Made by a program: the position numbers and the translations under genes. A DNA stretch of 27,451 nucleotides from a virus. Lineage: Duplodnaviria > Caudoviricetes. Shown here piece by piece: positions 1 through 11,116 of this stretch (its first letter is position 1; the number at the start of each line of letters is the position of its first letter). Under the pieces are notes generated by a model. That model searched no databases. It worked only from the letters and a program-made list of their open reading frames with translations, and had not been told where the DNA came from. Where the stretch lies: the IMG/VR virus record IMGVR_UViG_3300005805_000374, positions 1 to 27,451 of that record. One strand, 5' to 3'.

Positions 1-85
1 AAACGCCAAGTTTAACTCCCGAACTTAGGAGAGATTTGGCAATGTTTCCCATTGGCGTATCTAAGATTTGTGCTTTTCCAATAAC
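1..85 (-). pseudogene. Fragment of a T4-like (gp21-type) prohead core protease; in-frame stop upstream, runs off the left edge
   Basis: Minus-strand translation of 85..2 gives VIGKAQILDTPMGNIAKSLLSSGVKLGV, matching the remembered T4-like gp21 segment (IGKA.IL.TPMG.IAK.LL..GV.LGVSSRG). In-frame TAA at 94..92, no start codon with an RBS. Confidence 0.7.
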
Positions 86-143
86 TAAAGATTATTATGG
101 CGCAAATGTTGGGGCGGGAACAGGGACAATCTCCTTCTCCTAA
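3..143 (+). CDS. Possible 3' end of an upstream gene (ends ...GAGTGTISFS*)
   Basis: Frame is open from 3 to TAA at 141-143. The C-terminal AGTGTISFS resembles the ends of Gly-rich phage fibre proteins, but the first ~27 codons are just the antisense of the gp21-like fragment. Confidence 0.3.
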   Translation, partial: TPSLTPELRRDLAMFPIGVSKICAFPITKDYYGANVGAGTGTISFS

Positions 144-176
144 TTATGTCATATCAACTAAAGGTAAATATACCTA

Positions 177-205
177 TTGTTTTTTCTATTTAAATTTGAT
201 AAAAT
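177..205 (+). promoter_or_regulatory. Sigma70-type promoter, extended -10, probably leaderless
   Basis: TTGTTT (177-182), N17, TAAAAT (200-205), TG at 197-198. ATG at 214 lies 8 nt downstream with no Shine-Dalgarno. Confidence 0.55.
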
Positions 206-213
206 AGCAACAT

Positions 214-2563
<2,350 letters not shown>

Positions 2564-2565
2564 TC

Positions 2566-4326
2566 ATGGTAAGCAAATTATATGACGGCTCATCATGGAA
2601 AAACCTTAATGGATTAAAGCTTTATAGTGGTTCTGATTGGAAAAATGCCGTTAGAGGCTGGTCATGGGATGGATCAAATTGGAAGCAATGGTATCCAGAA
2701 TATCCAGTAAATACGGCGGCGCCAACAGTATCTGGAACTGCAACTCAAGGAAACACTTTATCAACTACAAATGGCTCATGGAATTCAAATCTAGCATACT
2801 CTCCAGCATCATATTCATATCAATGGCGTAGAGGCTCATCTGATATATCTGGAGCAACAAGCTCAACATACGCAACCGTTTTAGCAGATGTAGGAAATGC
2901 AATATCTTGTAGAGTAACTGCAACAAATAATAGAGGGTCCACACCAGTAATATCAAGTAATTCTATTACAGTCACAAGCGCTTTACCTGGAGCTCCAAGT
3001 AATTTAACTTTTTCAAATAATACTGTAACCCCAGGAACATTTAGTGTTTCGACATCAAGCTCTGCTGCTACTACGGCAAGTGGTAGCTGGACGGCAGCAT
3101 CTAGCGCCACATCTTATTCGGCATCAACAAGCTTAGGATCAATATCAGCAGATACTGGAACAAGAACATTTTCTATTACTGGAGGAACAAGCGGATCATC
3201 CTATACAGTTACAATAACCGCTTTTAACAGTTCTGGTATTGTGGGGTTAAGCTGGACGGCAGGATCAAACGCAACATCGTATGACATTTATGTAAATGGA
3301 TCCTATTGGACTAACACCGCCAGCACCTCAGCTACTTATAATTGGGGAACAACTGGAAGTATTACTTTTAATGTTAGATCTAGAAATGCGGCGGGTGCAG
3401 AAACAACAGGAGTTACAAATACTGCTAGTATTTCTGCTGCATCTAGATCCGCTCAAGCAAGCAGCACATTTTATGCTGTAATTCCTACAATTTCTGGAGT
3501 TACAAATTCAAATGTAACTAGCAATTCAGCAACAATTAGCTGGAGTTCAACAAATCAAAGTTCTTATTCTATAAGTGGATTGCCTTCAGGATATACTGGA
3601 GGAACATCAACTTCTGTAAATGTAAGTGGATTATCTGGAAGCACATTCTATAATCCCACTGTGACAGTAACTTCTTCGACAGGACAAACAGCTAGCGGCT
3701 CAACTTCATTTACTACTTTAGTAACTCCGATAATTCCAACAGTATTTAATGTTGCAAACGCCCAAGGAACTGTACCTTCAACAACAAGAATTGTAAGTTG
3801 GGATTCTACAAATCAAGCATCGTATGTAATTAACTTATATACATCTGGAGGAAGTTTTGTTACTAGCCTCTCTGCAACATCAACATCCGCCAGATCACGA
3901 CAGTTTAGCGGATTAACTGCTGGCGCATCATATTATGCTACAGTTACAATTACTTCTAGTACTGGAAATAGTGTTACTTCTGGACAAACTTCTTGGACTA
4001 TGCCAGGTGGAGGAACGGCTCCTTCTTCACCAACTATTACTTCTTGGACATTTAGCTCAGGACCAAGCTGGAGCGGCTCATTTACTGGAAGCTCTTCTGG
4101 AAGCACTCCAATAACCTACTATTATGAACACTGGTGTGCTCAAAATAGTAGCGGAACAAGCGCTACTTTTGTAACTAGTGGAAATGTATCCTCATCTTCT
4201 ACTGGAGGAACTTTTAACGTAGGTCCATTTAATAATGGAGGAACAGGTTTTGTTTGGGGACAACTCAGAGTATACGCTTCAAATAGCGTAGGAAATTCAA
4301 GTACGGTGACAAGCTCATGGGTCTAA
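2566..4326 (+). CDS. Ser/Thr-rich Ig-like/fibronectin type III repeat virion protein (fibre or adhesin)
   Basis: N-terminal YDGSSWK/WDGSNWK motifs, an Ig-like unit (PVNTAAPTVSG...YSYQWRR...ISCRVTATN), and FN3-like units (ATISWSS...SGLSGSTFY; SGLTAGASYYATV). Confidence 0.75.
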   Translation: MVSKLYDGSSWKNLNGLKLYSGSDWKNAVRGWSWDGSNWKQWYPEYPVNTAAPTVSGTATQGNTLSTTNGSWNSNLAYSPASYSYQWRRGSSDISGATSSTYATVLADVGNAISCRVTATNNRGSTPVISSNSITVTSALPGAPSNLTFSNNTVTPGTFSVSTSSSAATTASGSWTAASSATSYSASTSLGSISADTGTRTFSITGGTSGSSYTVTITAFNSSGIVGLSWTAGSNATSYDIYVNGSYWTNTASTSATYNWGTTGSITFNVRSRNAAGAETTGVTNTASISAASRSAQASSTFYAVIPTISGVTNSNVTSNSATISWSSTNQSSYSISGLPSGYTGGTSTSVNVSGLSGSTFYNPTVTVTSSTGQTASGSTSFTTLVTPIIPTVFNVANAQGTVPSTTRIVSWDSTNQASYVINLYTSGGSFVTSLSATSTSARSRQFSGLTAGASYYATVTITSSTGNSVTSGQTSWTMPGGGTAPSSPTITSWTFSSGPSWSGSFTGSSSGSTPITYYYEHWCAQNSSGTSATFVTSGNVSSSSTGGTFNVGPFNNGGTGFVWGQLRVYASNSVGNSSTVTSSWV

Positions 4327-4520
4327 TAACAAGTCAAGAAAAAATAGAATTCCTACAATCATATGTAGATGGAATACAGAGATCTATAGATATTTTAGAA
4401 CAAGATATAATAGATGATCCATCATATAATATTGAAGGAAAGCCTACAAGGCAAAATATTTTACAAGATTTAATTTCACAAAAAGCTAGTCTATTGAACG
4501 AAATAGAAGGCTTAAAATAA
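4317..4520 (+). CDS. Small acidic helical protein, unknown function
   Basis: 67 aa, overlaps the upstream stop, heptad-like pattern. Confidence 0.65.
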   Translation: MGLITSQEKIEFLQSYVDGIQRSIDILEQDIIDDPSYNIEGKPTRQNILQDLISQKASLLNEIEGLK

Positions 4521-4532
4521 TAGGAGGAAAAA

Positions 4533-4730
4533 ATGGCAACATACCAAATACTATCAGATGATGAAAAGGCACAAATTAAGATTGCGGCAAAACGTAATCT
4601 TGAATATCAGATGTATGCTCTTGAGGTAGAAGTAATTGCAGAAAATGCAAAGTCTACACCAGATGCAACAAGGCTTTCTGATTTAGCTGATCAAATTGCT
4701 GAAAAGCAGGATCAAATAGCAGCTATCTAA
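4533..4730 (+). CDS. Small acidic helical protein, unknown function
   Basis: 65 aa, strong SD AGGAGG at 4522-4527. Confidence 0.75.
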   Translation: MATYQILSDDEKAQIKIAAKRNLEYQMYALEVEVIAENAKSTPDATRLSDLADQIAEKQDQIAAI

Positions 4731-4732
4731 AA

Positions 4733-6604
4733 ATGTCATATAAAGCATCTGTACTATATGATTATCCAATAGCATACTATCCATTGGATGATTTAACTAC
4801 TGTCGACCTGGTATCTGATTTTACAGATTTCTTGTCGCAGTTTTCAACGTATCAAGATGTTTTAGATAATGTATCTTCATATGCAAATATTTATGGAGAC
4901 ATTGCCTACGATCATTCTGGATGTGAAAATGATGGAAATTATATTGGAGATCCCGCCCCAGATTTAGTCCCACTTGTAGCTGGAAATAGTAGGGCTACAA
5001 ATGTAACAAATAGTAATTCTATTATATATAACATCAATAATGATTACACAGCTAGTGCTACAACTAGTCAATTTGGGACGGCGGAATCATCGGATAATGA
5101 TTTTACAATAGAACTCTGGTTTTATCCGTCATTTACTACAACCGAAGAAACTCCAATAGTAGCAGATCCAACAAATGAAATTGGAGTATTTTATGAAAAA
5201 GGTAACATAACATTTAAGGTCGGCTCAGAGCAAGTTTCATATACTTTACCCTTTATAAATAAAGCATTTTATATTGCTTGCACGTATAACCCAAACTATA
5301 TAAGTTTATATGTTGATGGAGAAGTAGTTGCAGAAAAAATATTATCTAATTTCTTGTTTACAAATAGCTCTATATCTTTACAAAGTGGTCCAACGTCTAG
5401 CGCTAATGATTATTTTTTAATAAATAGCGTAGCTATATATAGATACGCATTATCACAGCAGGCCATGCAATATCATATCGAAGAAGCCCAGTCACTCCCA
5501 GCAATAAATGTAGCAAGTCCAGACGGAGGAGAGGTATTCAGTATATTTGATAATGATTTAACTACTGTATATAAATTCTCATATCCTACTGATAAAAGCT
5601 GGAACGAATTAATTGAAACTGGATTGACATACTTTAGCGAAGATGATTCTTTGCAGATAACTTATACCAGCACACCATCATCTAGTACCGTCGTAATAGA
5701 TGATTATTTTGTAGTTCCATCAATATCGTCAGCAGATTCCTCTAAAGTAAAATGGTATGGAGATAACGGAGTATCCATTTCTGTAAGTACAGATGGAATT
5801 ACATATACTCCATGTGTAAATAATCAACAAATTCCAGGTTATACTTTAACCAATTTTGGATCCTTAAGTGGAATTTATATAAGAATTACTTTCACCTCAA
5901 CAGATACTTCAAAGTTTTTACCAAAGCTTTATAACCTTTCGTTTTCGTTTTTTAATGATCAAAGAATATACTCTGATAACGGAAGCTCTTATATATCTAC
6001 CCTAGAGAATGAGTCTGGTATTTCTAATTATGATATTACATTTGGTAACTTTGAAGAGAATATACTTTCTAGAAGCAAAATGAATGGCCTAAAAACAGTG
6101 GTTGATTCTGGATTTAATTTGAATACAGAAAATTCCGTACAGACTATAGAATTTTTTTATACTCCATATACCCTAACCGACAGTGGGATTATATCAACCC
6201 AAGCCACAAATGGGTATGCAGCCTCAGCCTATTATTGGCATAATGTCGGCGGCATATCAAAAACAAATATATCAGCAATTTATGTAAACGGGGTAAATAA
6301 AACCTCTGAAACAAATGTATCCAATGTATTTAGAGTTGGACAACTACATCATGTCCTAATTGTATTTGGATCGGCAGTAGGCGAAGAAATCAGATTTAAT
6401 TATTCATTATATGGTTCTGTTCCTGCCTCGTATCAAAATATAGCTATTTATGATACTCAGTTTAATAGCACCCTGGCAGCCCAGCATTATGATTATTATA
6501 GAAGAAGATCTTCCTCATCTATTACTGATTCTTCTACCACCACCCTGACAGAAGATGGTGTTGAGGCCTATAATAATGACTGGATAGTAATACAAAGCAT
6601 ATAA
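4733..6604 (+). CDS. LamG/concanavalin A-like domain virion protein
   Basis: PIAYYPLDD, DFTIELWF, LYVDG and VAIYRYALS are LamG-type signatures. A second degenerate unit lies at the C-terminus (TIEFFY...HHVLIVF...IAIYD). Confidence 0.75.
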   Translation: MSYKASVLYDYPIAYYPLDDLTTVDLVSDFTDFLSQFSTYQDVLDNVSSYANIYGDIAYDHSGCENDGNYIGDPAPDLVPLVAGNSRATNVTNSNSIIYNINNDYTASATTSQFGTAESSDNDFTIELWFYPSFTTTEETPIVADPTNEIGVFYEKGNITFKVGSEQVSYTLPFINKAFYIACTYNPNYISLYVDGEVVAEKILSNFLFTNSSISLQSGPTSSANDYFLINSVAIYRYALSQQAMQYHIEEAQSLPAINVASPDGGEVFSIFDNDLTTVYKFSYPTDKSWNELIETGLTYFSEDDSLQITYTSTPSSSTVVIDDYFVVPSISSADSSKVKWYGDNGVSISVSTDGITYTPCVNNQQIPGYTLTNFGSLSGIYIRITFTSTDTSKFLPKLYNLSFSFFNDQRIYSDNGSSYISTLENESGISNYDITFGNFEENILSRSKMNGLKTVVDSGFNLNTENSVQTIEFFYTPYTLTDSGIISTQATNGYAASAYYWHNVGGISKTNISAIYVNGVNKTSETNVSNVFRVGQLHHVLIVFGSAVGEEIRFNYSLYGSVPASYQNIAIYDTQFNSTLAAQHYDYYRRRSSSSITDSSTTTLTEDGVEAYNNDWIVIQSI

Positions 6605-6605
6605 T

Positions 6606-6659
6606 TTTGACAATTAGTTTGACAAAAAGCTGGACTTAGACTTGCAAAGGTGGTAAAAT
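6606..6659 (+). promoter_or_regulatory. Promoter of the portal operon with upstream direct repeats
   Basis: TGGACT (6631-6636), N17, TAAAAT (6654-6659) with extended TG. TTTGACAA is repeated at 6606 and 6618. ATG at 6668. Confidence 0.6.
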
Positions 6660-6667
6660 AAAGGTCT

Positions 6668-7015
6668 ATGGTAATGGATTTGGGTAAATTAAAAAATTCA
6701 GAGTTTGTAGAAGATACAATTCTTGGAATTTATGTCTGGGAAACTCATGATGGCCGTTGGGTTGGAGACGATGAGGGGAACTTCTTGTCTATTGCTTCTA
6801 AAAAAGGCAATAAAGCTAACATGGAGACTTTGGCCAAAGTAGTAAGATCCTATGGAATTGATCATGGCAAACCATTATTTTTGGCGGGACGCAGAAAAAT
6901 AGACGATGAAGAATTTGAATATCAGAAGCAAAGATTAAACCTAGGCTTAGTTCCAGATCCATATGATATTGGAAACTATAAAGACGAAATGAAAAAATTG
7001 AAGGGGTCAAAATAA
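6668..7015 (+). CDS. Hypothetical phage protein, translationally coupled to portal
   Basis: 115 aa (GIYVWE..DGRWVGDDEGNFLSI; GLVPDPYD). TAATG overlap with the portal start. Confidence 0.8.
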   Translation: MVMDLGKLKNSEFVEDTILGIYVWETHDGRWVGDDEGNFLSIASKKGNKANMETLAKVVRSYGIDHGKPLFLAGRRKIDDEEFEYQKQRLNLGLVPDPYDIGNYKDEMKKLKGSK

Positions 7016-8598
7016 TGCAAATATTTGAAGATGGCGAAGATACTGGTACAAACATACAAGCATTTACTGCCTCCGATTTTCATATACCATCAGCAACAGT
7101 AGTTAAAACAAATGATGCCTTTATGGTATCTGGCGATGAATTGCAAAAGGTTCAAGGATTAGGATCAACATTCCGCCGTAAAATGAATCGGAATATCCAA
7201 AAGAGATTTGTTGGAATTGATGGCGTTGAGACTCAACAGAATCTTCTTGCACAAGCTATTACTGGCTATGCGATGTTTGATCTTATTGAGCCGCCATATA
7301 ATCTTGAGTACCTTTCACAAGTTTATGAAGTATCTCCATACAACTATGCAGCAATTAATGCAAAGGTTTCAAACATCGTAGGCCTTGGATATGATTTTAT
7401 TGAAACTCGTAAAACTGTAGATGCAATTGATGGTATTGACAATGAGAGTCAATTAGAGCGGGCACGGAGAAAGCTAAATAGACTTCGTCAAGACTTACAT
7501 GAATGGCTAGAAGATTGCAACGAAGAGGAAACATTTAAAGAGACTTTAATTAAGTTCTACACAGACGTAGAAGCAACAGGCAATGGATATCTAGAAATTG
7601 GTAGAACAACTTCTGGCAAGGTTGGATATGTCGGACATATCCCAGCAAAGACAATGCGTGTTCGTCGTTTGCGTGATGGATTTATTCAATTGCTATATGG
7701 CAAGGCTGTATTCTTCCGCAATTTTGGAGATCAAGAAACTCCAAATCCAATAGCGGACGGCAGCGATAGGCCAAATGAAATTATTCATTTTAAGAAATAT
7801 ACTCCTAGAAACAACTACTACGGAATTCCAGACATTGTGGCGGCTTCAAGCGCCATGGCTGGAAATGAATTCGCTGGCAAATATAACCTTGACTACTTTG
7901 AAAACAAGGCGGTCCCAAGATATATAATTACAGTAAAGGGCGCAAAATTATCGCCAGAGTCTGAGAGAAAACTTCTGGAATTTTTCCAGGTTGGTCTTAA
8001 AGGAAGAAATCACCGCTCACTATATATCCCTCTTCCACCAGATACATCAGATTCAAAAGTTGAATTTAAAATGGAGCCAGTTGAGGCGGGAACACAAGAG
8101 TCCTCATTTAATGTTTATCGACAATCAAATAGAGATGAAATATTAATGGCACATCGTGTCCCTATTTCTAAAATTGGAAGTCCTCAAGGAATTTCTTTGG
8201 CAAATGCCCGTGATGCAGATAAAACATTTAAAGAACAAGTTTGTAAGCCAGTTCAGGATATTTTAGAAAAGAAATTAAATAAATTAATTGAAGAAATGAC
8301 AGATGCCCTTCAAATTAAATTTAATGAATTAAGTCTAACCGACGAAGATACCCAATCTAAAATTGATGAGCGTTATTTAAGAATGCAGGTAATTACCCCT
8401 AATGAAGTTAGAATTAGAAAGGGTATGGTCCCTATGGACGGTGGCGATGAGGTAGTTCAATTAAAGCCTCAACAGCAGGCGGAAGTAAGAGCCCAGGCTG
8501 GAAATACCAGAACCAGAGATCAAGAAAGGGATAATAATTCCCCAGATATTTCGGGGGAATCTAGAAATCCTCAAGGTGAAGGCAGACAGGTTGAGTAA
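7015..8598 (+). CDS. Portal protein (PBSX/HK97-like family)
   Basis: TGNGYLEI, EIIHFKKY..YYGIPD, YFENKAVP, ILMAHRVP, ITPNEVR motifs. Lies directly before protease and capsid. Confidence 0.92.
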   Translation: MQIFEDGEDTGTNIQAFTASDFHIPSATVVKTNDAFMVSGDELQKVQGLGSTFRRKMNRNIQKRFVGIDGVETQQNLLAQAITGYAMFDLIEPPYNLEYLSQVYEVSPYNYAAINAKVSNIVGLGYDFIETRKTVDAIDGIDNESQLERARRKLNRLRQDLHEWLEDCNEEETFKETLIKFYTDVEATGNGYLEIGRTTSGKVGYVGHIPAKTMRVRRLRDGFIQLLYGKAVFFRNFGDQETPNPIADGSDRPNEIIHFKKYTPRNNYYGIPDIVAASSAMAGNEFAGKYNLDYFENKAVPRYIITVKGAKLSPESERKLLEFFQVGLKGRNHRSLYIPLPPDTSDSKVEFKMEPVEAGTQESSFNVYRQSNRDEILMAHRVPISKIGSPQGISLANARDADKTFKEQVCKPVQDILEKKLNKLIEEMTDALQIKFNELSLTDEDTQSKIDERYLRMQVITPNEVRIRKGMVPMDGGDEVVQLKPQQQAEVRAQAGNTRTRDQERDNNSPDISGESRNPQGEGRQVE

Positions 8599-8623
8599 TA
8601 CTACTCAACTGATTATTTGCCTT
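8579..8623 (+). terminator. Hairpin spanning the portal stop codon (terminator or operator)
   Basis: Inner stem GTTGAGTA/TACTCAAC (8590-8609) with outer AAGGCAGA/TTTGCCTT. No clear U-tract. Confidence 0.45.
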
Positions 8624-8645
8624 ATATATAATAACGTTATAAAAT
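8617..8645 (+). promoter_or_regulatory. Promoter TTGCCT-N17-TAAAAT for protease/capsid, probably leaderless
   Basis: -35 at 8617-8622, -10 at 8640-8645, ATG at 8653 (7 nt downstream, no SD). Same hexamers as at 14877-14905. Confidence 0.7.
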
Positions 8646-8652
8646 TAAGCAT

Positions 8653-9972
8653 ATGAATATTGAAAAGTCTCTATGGTCATCTAATGGCGATAATATCAAT
8701 TTATCTGTGCCGTTCACAAAAGTCAATCGTGAAAAGCGCACAGTTTCTGGATTTGCAACTCTAGACAATCTTGATCAAACAGGAGATGTCGTAACAGCAG
8801 AAGCAAGTCTAAAAGCATTTGAATCTTTCCGAGGCAATATCAGAGAGATGCACGGAAGTAATGCTGTTGGTAAAATGGTTTCATTTAAACCAGAAACATA
8901 TTTCGATGCAAAGACTGGCGAATTTTTTAACGGAGTTTATGTAGACGCATACATTTCCAAAGGCGCACAAGATACATGGGAAAAAGTTTTGGACGGAACC
9001 CTACAAGGATTTTCAATCGGCGGAAAGATTATAGATTCAGAGAACGAAGTTAATAAGTCAACAGGTAAACCAGTAAGATTTATTAAAGAGTATGCTCTTA
9101 TGGAGCTATCTGTAGTAGATTCTCCAGCAAATGAACTTTGCAACATTTTGTCTATTCAGAAAATGAACGGTCAGTTAATGTTCAAAGGTATTGCAGCAGA
9201 GACAAAAACAGAAAACATTTTTTATTGTGAAGATAGTGATTCTGTATTCATGTCAACAGATGCAGAATACACATCACCAGTTTCTGGAAAGCCCGCAACT
9301 TTAATTGGTTGGGTAGAATCAAATGATACAAACAAAGCAAAGGAAATAAATAGAATTCTTGATTTGCACAAAAAGTCAAGATTAACGTTGCCTGATACAA
9401 ACACAATTGCAAAACAGGCAAACGCAGAAGGAGGTAATGAAGTGTCAGAAAACACAGAAAATGCAGTAGTTGAAGAAACTCCTGCAGTTGAAGAAGCAGC
9501 ACCTGCTGAAGTAGCAGCTGTTGAAGAGTCAGCTCCTGCCGAAGAGGCAGCACCAGCTGAAGACGCTTCTGCCGAAACTCTGGAAAAAGCAGCCGACGTA
9601 TCAGAAGTTATGGTTGATGAACCTGATTTTGCAAAGATGCTTGGCGATCTAAAAGGCTTTTTCTCAGAAACTCTAAATAAGGCATCAGAAGCAAATGCTG
9701 CTCAAGTTACAGCTATTAAAGATACAGTTGAAACTTTCAGCAAGAGCGTTGATGGACGTATTTCAGAATTGGCAGAACAACATGCAGCACTTTCAAAGGC
9801 TGTACAAGATATCAAGAGCACGATTGATGGCGTAGAAAAGCGTGTCGTAGCGGTAGAATCAGAGACCGCAATTAAGAAGTCCTCAGACCTTGGCGGGTCT
9901 CAGGAAGTAACAATAAAGAAATCAAAATGGAACGGTTCTTTCCTCGGTTCCGTGAATGAACTTTTAAAATAA
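8653..9972 (+). CDS. Prohead (capsid maturation) protease fused to scaffold domain
   Basis: HK97-type protease motifs IREMH, GFSIGG and ELSVVDSPAN, then an acidic Glu/Ala/Pro linker and coiled coil. Confidence 0.88.
   Translation: MNIEKSLWSSNGDNINLSVPFTKVNREKRTVSGFATLDNLDQTGDVVTAEASLKAFESFRGNIREMHGSNAVGKMVSFKPETYFDAKTGEFFNGVYVDAYISKGAQDTWEKVLDGTLQGFSIGGKIIDSENEVNKSTGKPVRFIKEYALMELSVVDSPANELCNILSIQKMNGQLMFKGIAAETKTENIFYCEDSDSVFMSTDAEYTSPVSGKPATLIGWVESNDTNKAKEINRILDLHKKSRLTLPDTNTIAKQANAEGGNEVSENTENAVVEETPAVEEAAPAEVAAVEESAPAEEAAPAEDASAETLEKAADVSEVMVDEPDFAKMLGDLKGFFSETLNKASEANAAQVTAIKDTVETFSKSVDGRISELAEQHAALSKAVQDIKSTIDGVEKRVVAVESETAIKKSSDLGGSQEVTIKKSKWNGSFLGSVNELLK
9442..9972 (+). CDS. Nested in-frame scaffold protein (internal GTG start, 176 aa)
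   Basis: Perfect SD AAGGAGGT (9428-9435) 6 nt before an in-frame GTG at 9442, exactly where the acidic/coiled-coil region begins. Confidence 0.7.
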   Translation: MSENTENAVVEETPAVEEAAPAEVAAVEESAPAEEAAPAEDASAETLEKAADVSEVMVDEPDFAKMLGDLKGFFSETLNKASEANAAQVTAIKDTVETFSKSVDGRISELAEQHAALSKAVQDIKSTIDGVEKRVVAVESETAIKKSSDLGGSQEVTIKKSKWNGSFLGSVNELLK

Positions 9973-9992
9973 AAAGGTAGGTGAAAAATATA

Positions 9993-11048
9993 ATGAGCAA
10001 TGAAAACTTAGAAAAAACAGTCGCAGCAAACACAACTCTAACCACAGGCATGACAGGACCAGCAGTAGCAAATACTGGTATCCATATCGGATCTGAAGGA
10101 GAAGGTGGTCTACTCAACCCTGAGCAGTCAGCACGTTTCCTAGATTATATGTTTGATGCAACAGTGATTGGTAAAGTGGCTCGTACTGTTCGCATGCGAG
10201 CAGACACCACAGAGATTGATCGTATTGGCGTTGGTGAGAAACTTATGGTTCTCGCTTCTGAGGCAGATGATGCACAGGCAGCAAACAAAGCTGTAACCTT
10301 CTCCAAGATCTCTCTTACAACAAAGAAGCTTCGTTTGGATTGGGAGCTTTCAACAGAATCTCTTGAGGACAATATCGAAGGTCCAGATCTAGAAGATCAT
10401 ATTGCAAGAATGATGGCAACACAGGCAGGTAATGACATTGAGGATGTACTCCTAAATGGAAACACTTCGCTAGGATCAGATAACCTTTATAAGGCATTTG
10501 ATGGTGTAGTCAAGAAAGCAAAGACCTACGGTCACGTAGTAGATGCAGCTGGTGCAAACATCAGCCGTGCACTATTTAACTCAGCCCTTAAGGCTCTTCC
10601 ACGTAAGTACAAGCAACGTCGTTCCGACCTTCGCTTCCTTGCGGGTTCCAATTTGATTCAGGACTTCCTGTACGCAAATAGCATTGGAACAAATCAAACC
10701 ATCCCACAGGATATCGCTTCAAGCATTATCCGTGGAGAAGGTGTACAACCACTAGGTGGTCCAGCAGGTTATGTGGCTCCATTCGCATTCGGTATTCCGA
10801 TTGTTGAAGTTCCACTACTTCCTGAAGCACAAGATGGAGATTACTCAGGTGAAACTGGTAATCATGGAGATGTCCACTTAACATTCCCAAATAACGTAGT
10901 TATTGGTGTTAAGCGTGATGTAACCGTCTATCGCTTCTTCTGGCCTAAGAAGGATGCTATCGAATATACAATGTATACTCGTGTTGGCGTTCAAATTGAG
11001 CAAGCAGACGCATGGGTTGTAGTCAAGAATGTGAAAGTCGCAAGCTAA
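9993..11048 (+). CDS. Major capsid protein (HK97 fold)
   Basis: GGLLNPEQSARF, ELSTESLEDNIEG, LLNG, FGIPIVEVP motifs. ATG 9993 is preferred over GTG 9981 because AGGTAGGTG (9975-9983) then acts as the SD. Confidence 0.92.
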   Translation: MSNENLEKTVAANTTLTTGMTGPAVANTGIHIGSEGEGGLLNPEQSARFLDYMFDATVIGKVARTVRMRADTTEIDRIGVGEKLMVLASEADDAQAANKAVTFSKISLTTKKLRLDWELSTESLEDNIEGPDLEDHIARMMATQAGNDIEDVLLNGNTSLGSDNLYKAFDGVVKKAKTYGHVVDAAGANISRALFNSALKALPRKYKQRRSDLRFLAGSNLIQDFLYANSIGTNQTIPQDIASSIIRGEGVQPLGGPAGYVAPFAFGIPIVEVPLLPEAQDGDYSGETGNHGDVHLTFPNNVVIGVKRDVTVYRFFWPKKDAIEYTMYTRVGVQIEQADAWVVVKNVKVAS

Positions 11049-11065
11049 CTTTAGCATCGGCTTTA

Positions 11066-11074
11066 TGATATAAT
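11066..11074 (+). promoter_or_regulatory. Extended -10 promoter for the endonuclease gene, overlapping the hairpin's left arm
   Basis: TGaTATAAT at 11066-11074. SD AGGAG at 11107-11111. Confidence 0.5.
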
Positions 11075-11106
11075 GGGTCTAGGTAACTAGGCCCATTATT
11101 CATTTT
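11070..11106 (+). terminator. Rho-independent terminator-like hairpin after the capsid gene
   Basis: 13-bp stem ATAATGGGTCTAG/CTAGGCCCATTAT (one G-U), GTAA tetraloop, followed by TCATTTT. Confidence 0.7.
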
Positions 11107-11116
11107 AGGAGTAAAT

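Noticed and set aside
8537-8560. Inverted repeat ATTCCCC/GGGGAAT near the portal 3' end
   Set aside because: Short stem inside coding sequence with no U-tract; may be chance.
9981-9992. GTG start for the capsid gene given by the ORF track
   Set aside because: The GTG is part of the likely SD (AGGTAGGTG), so ATG 9993 has better spacing.
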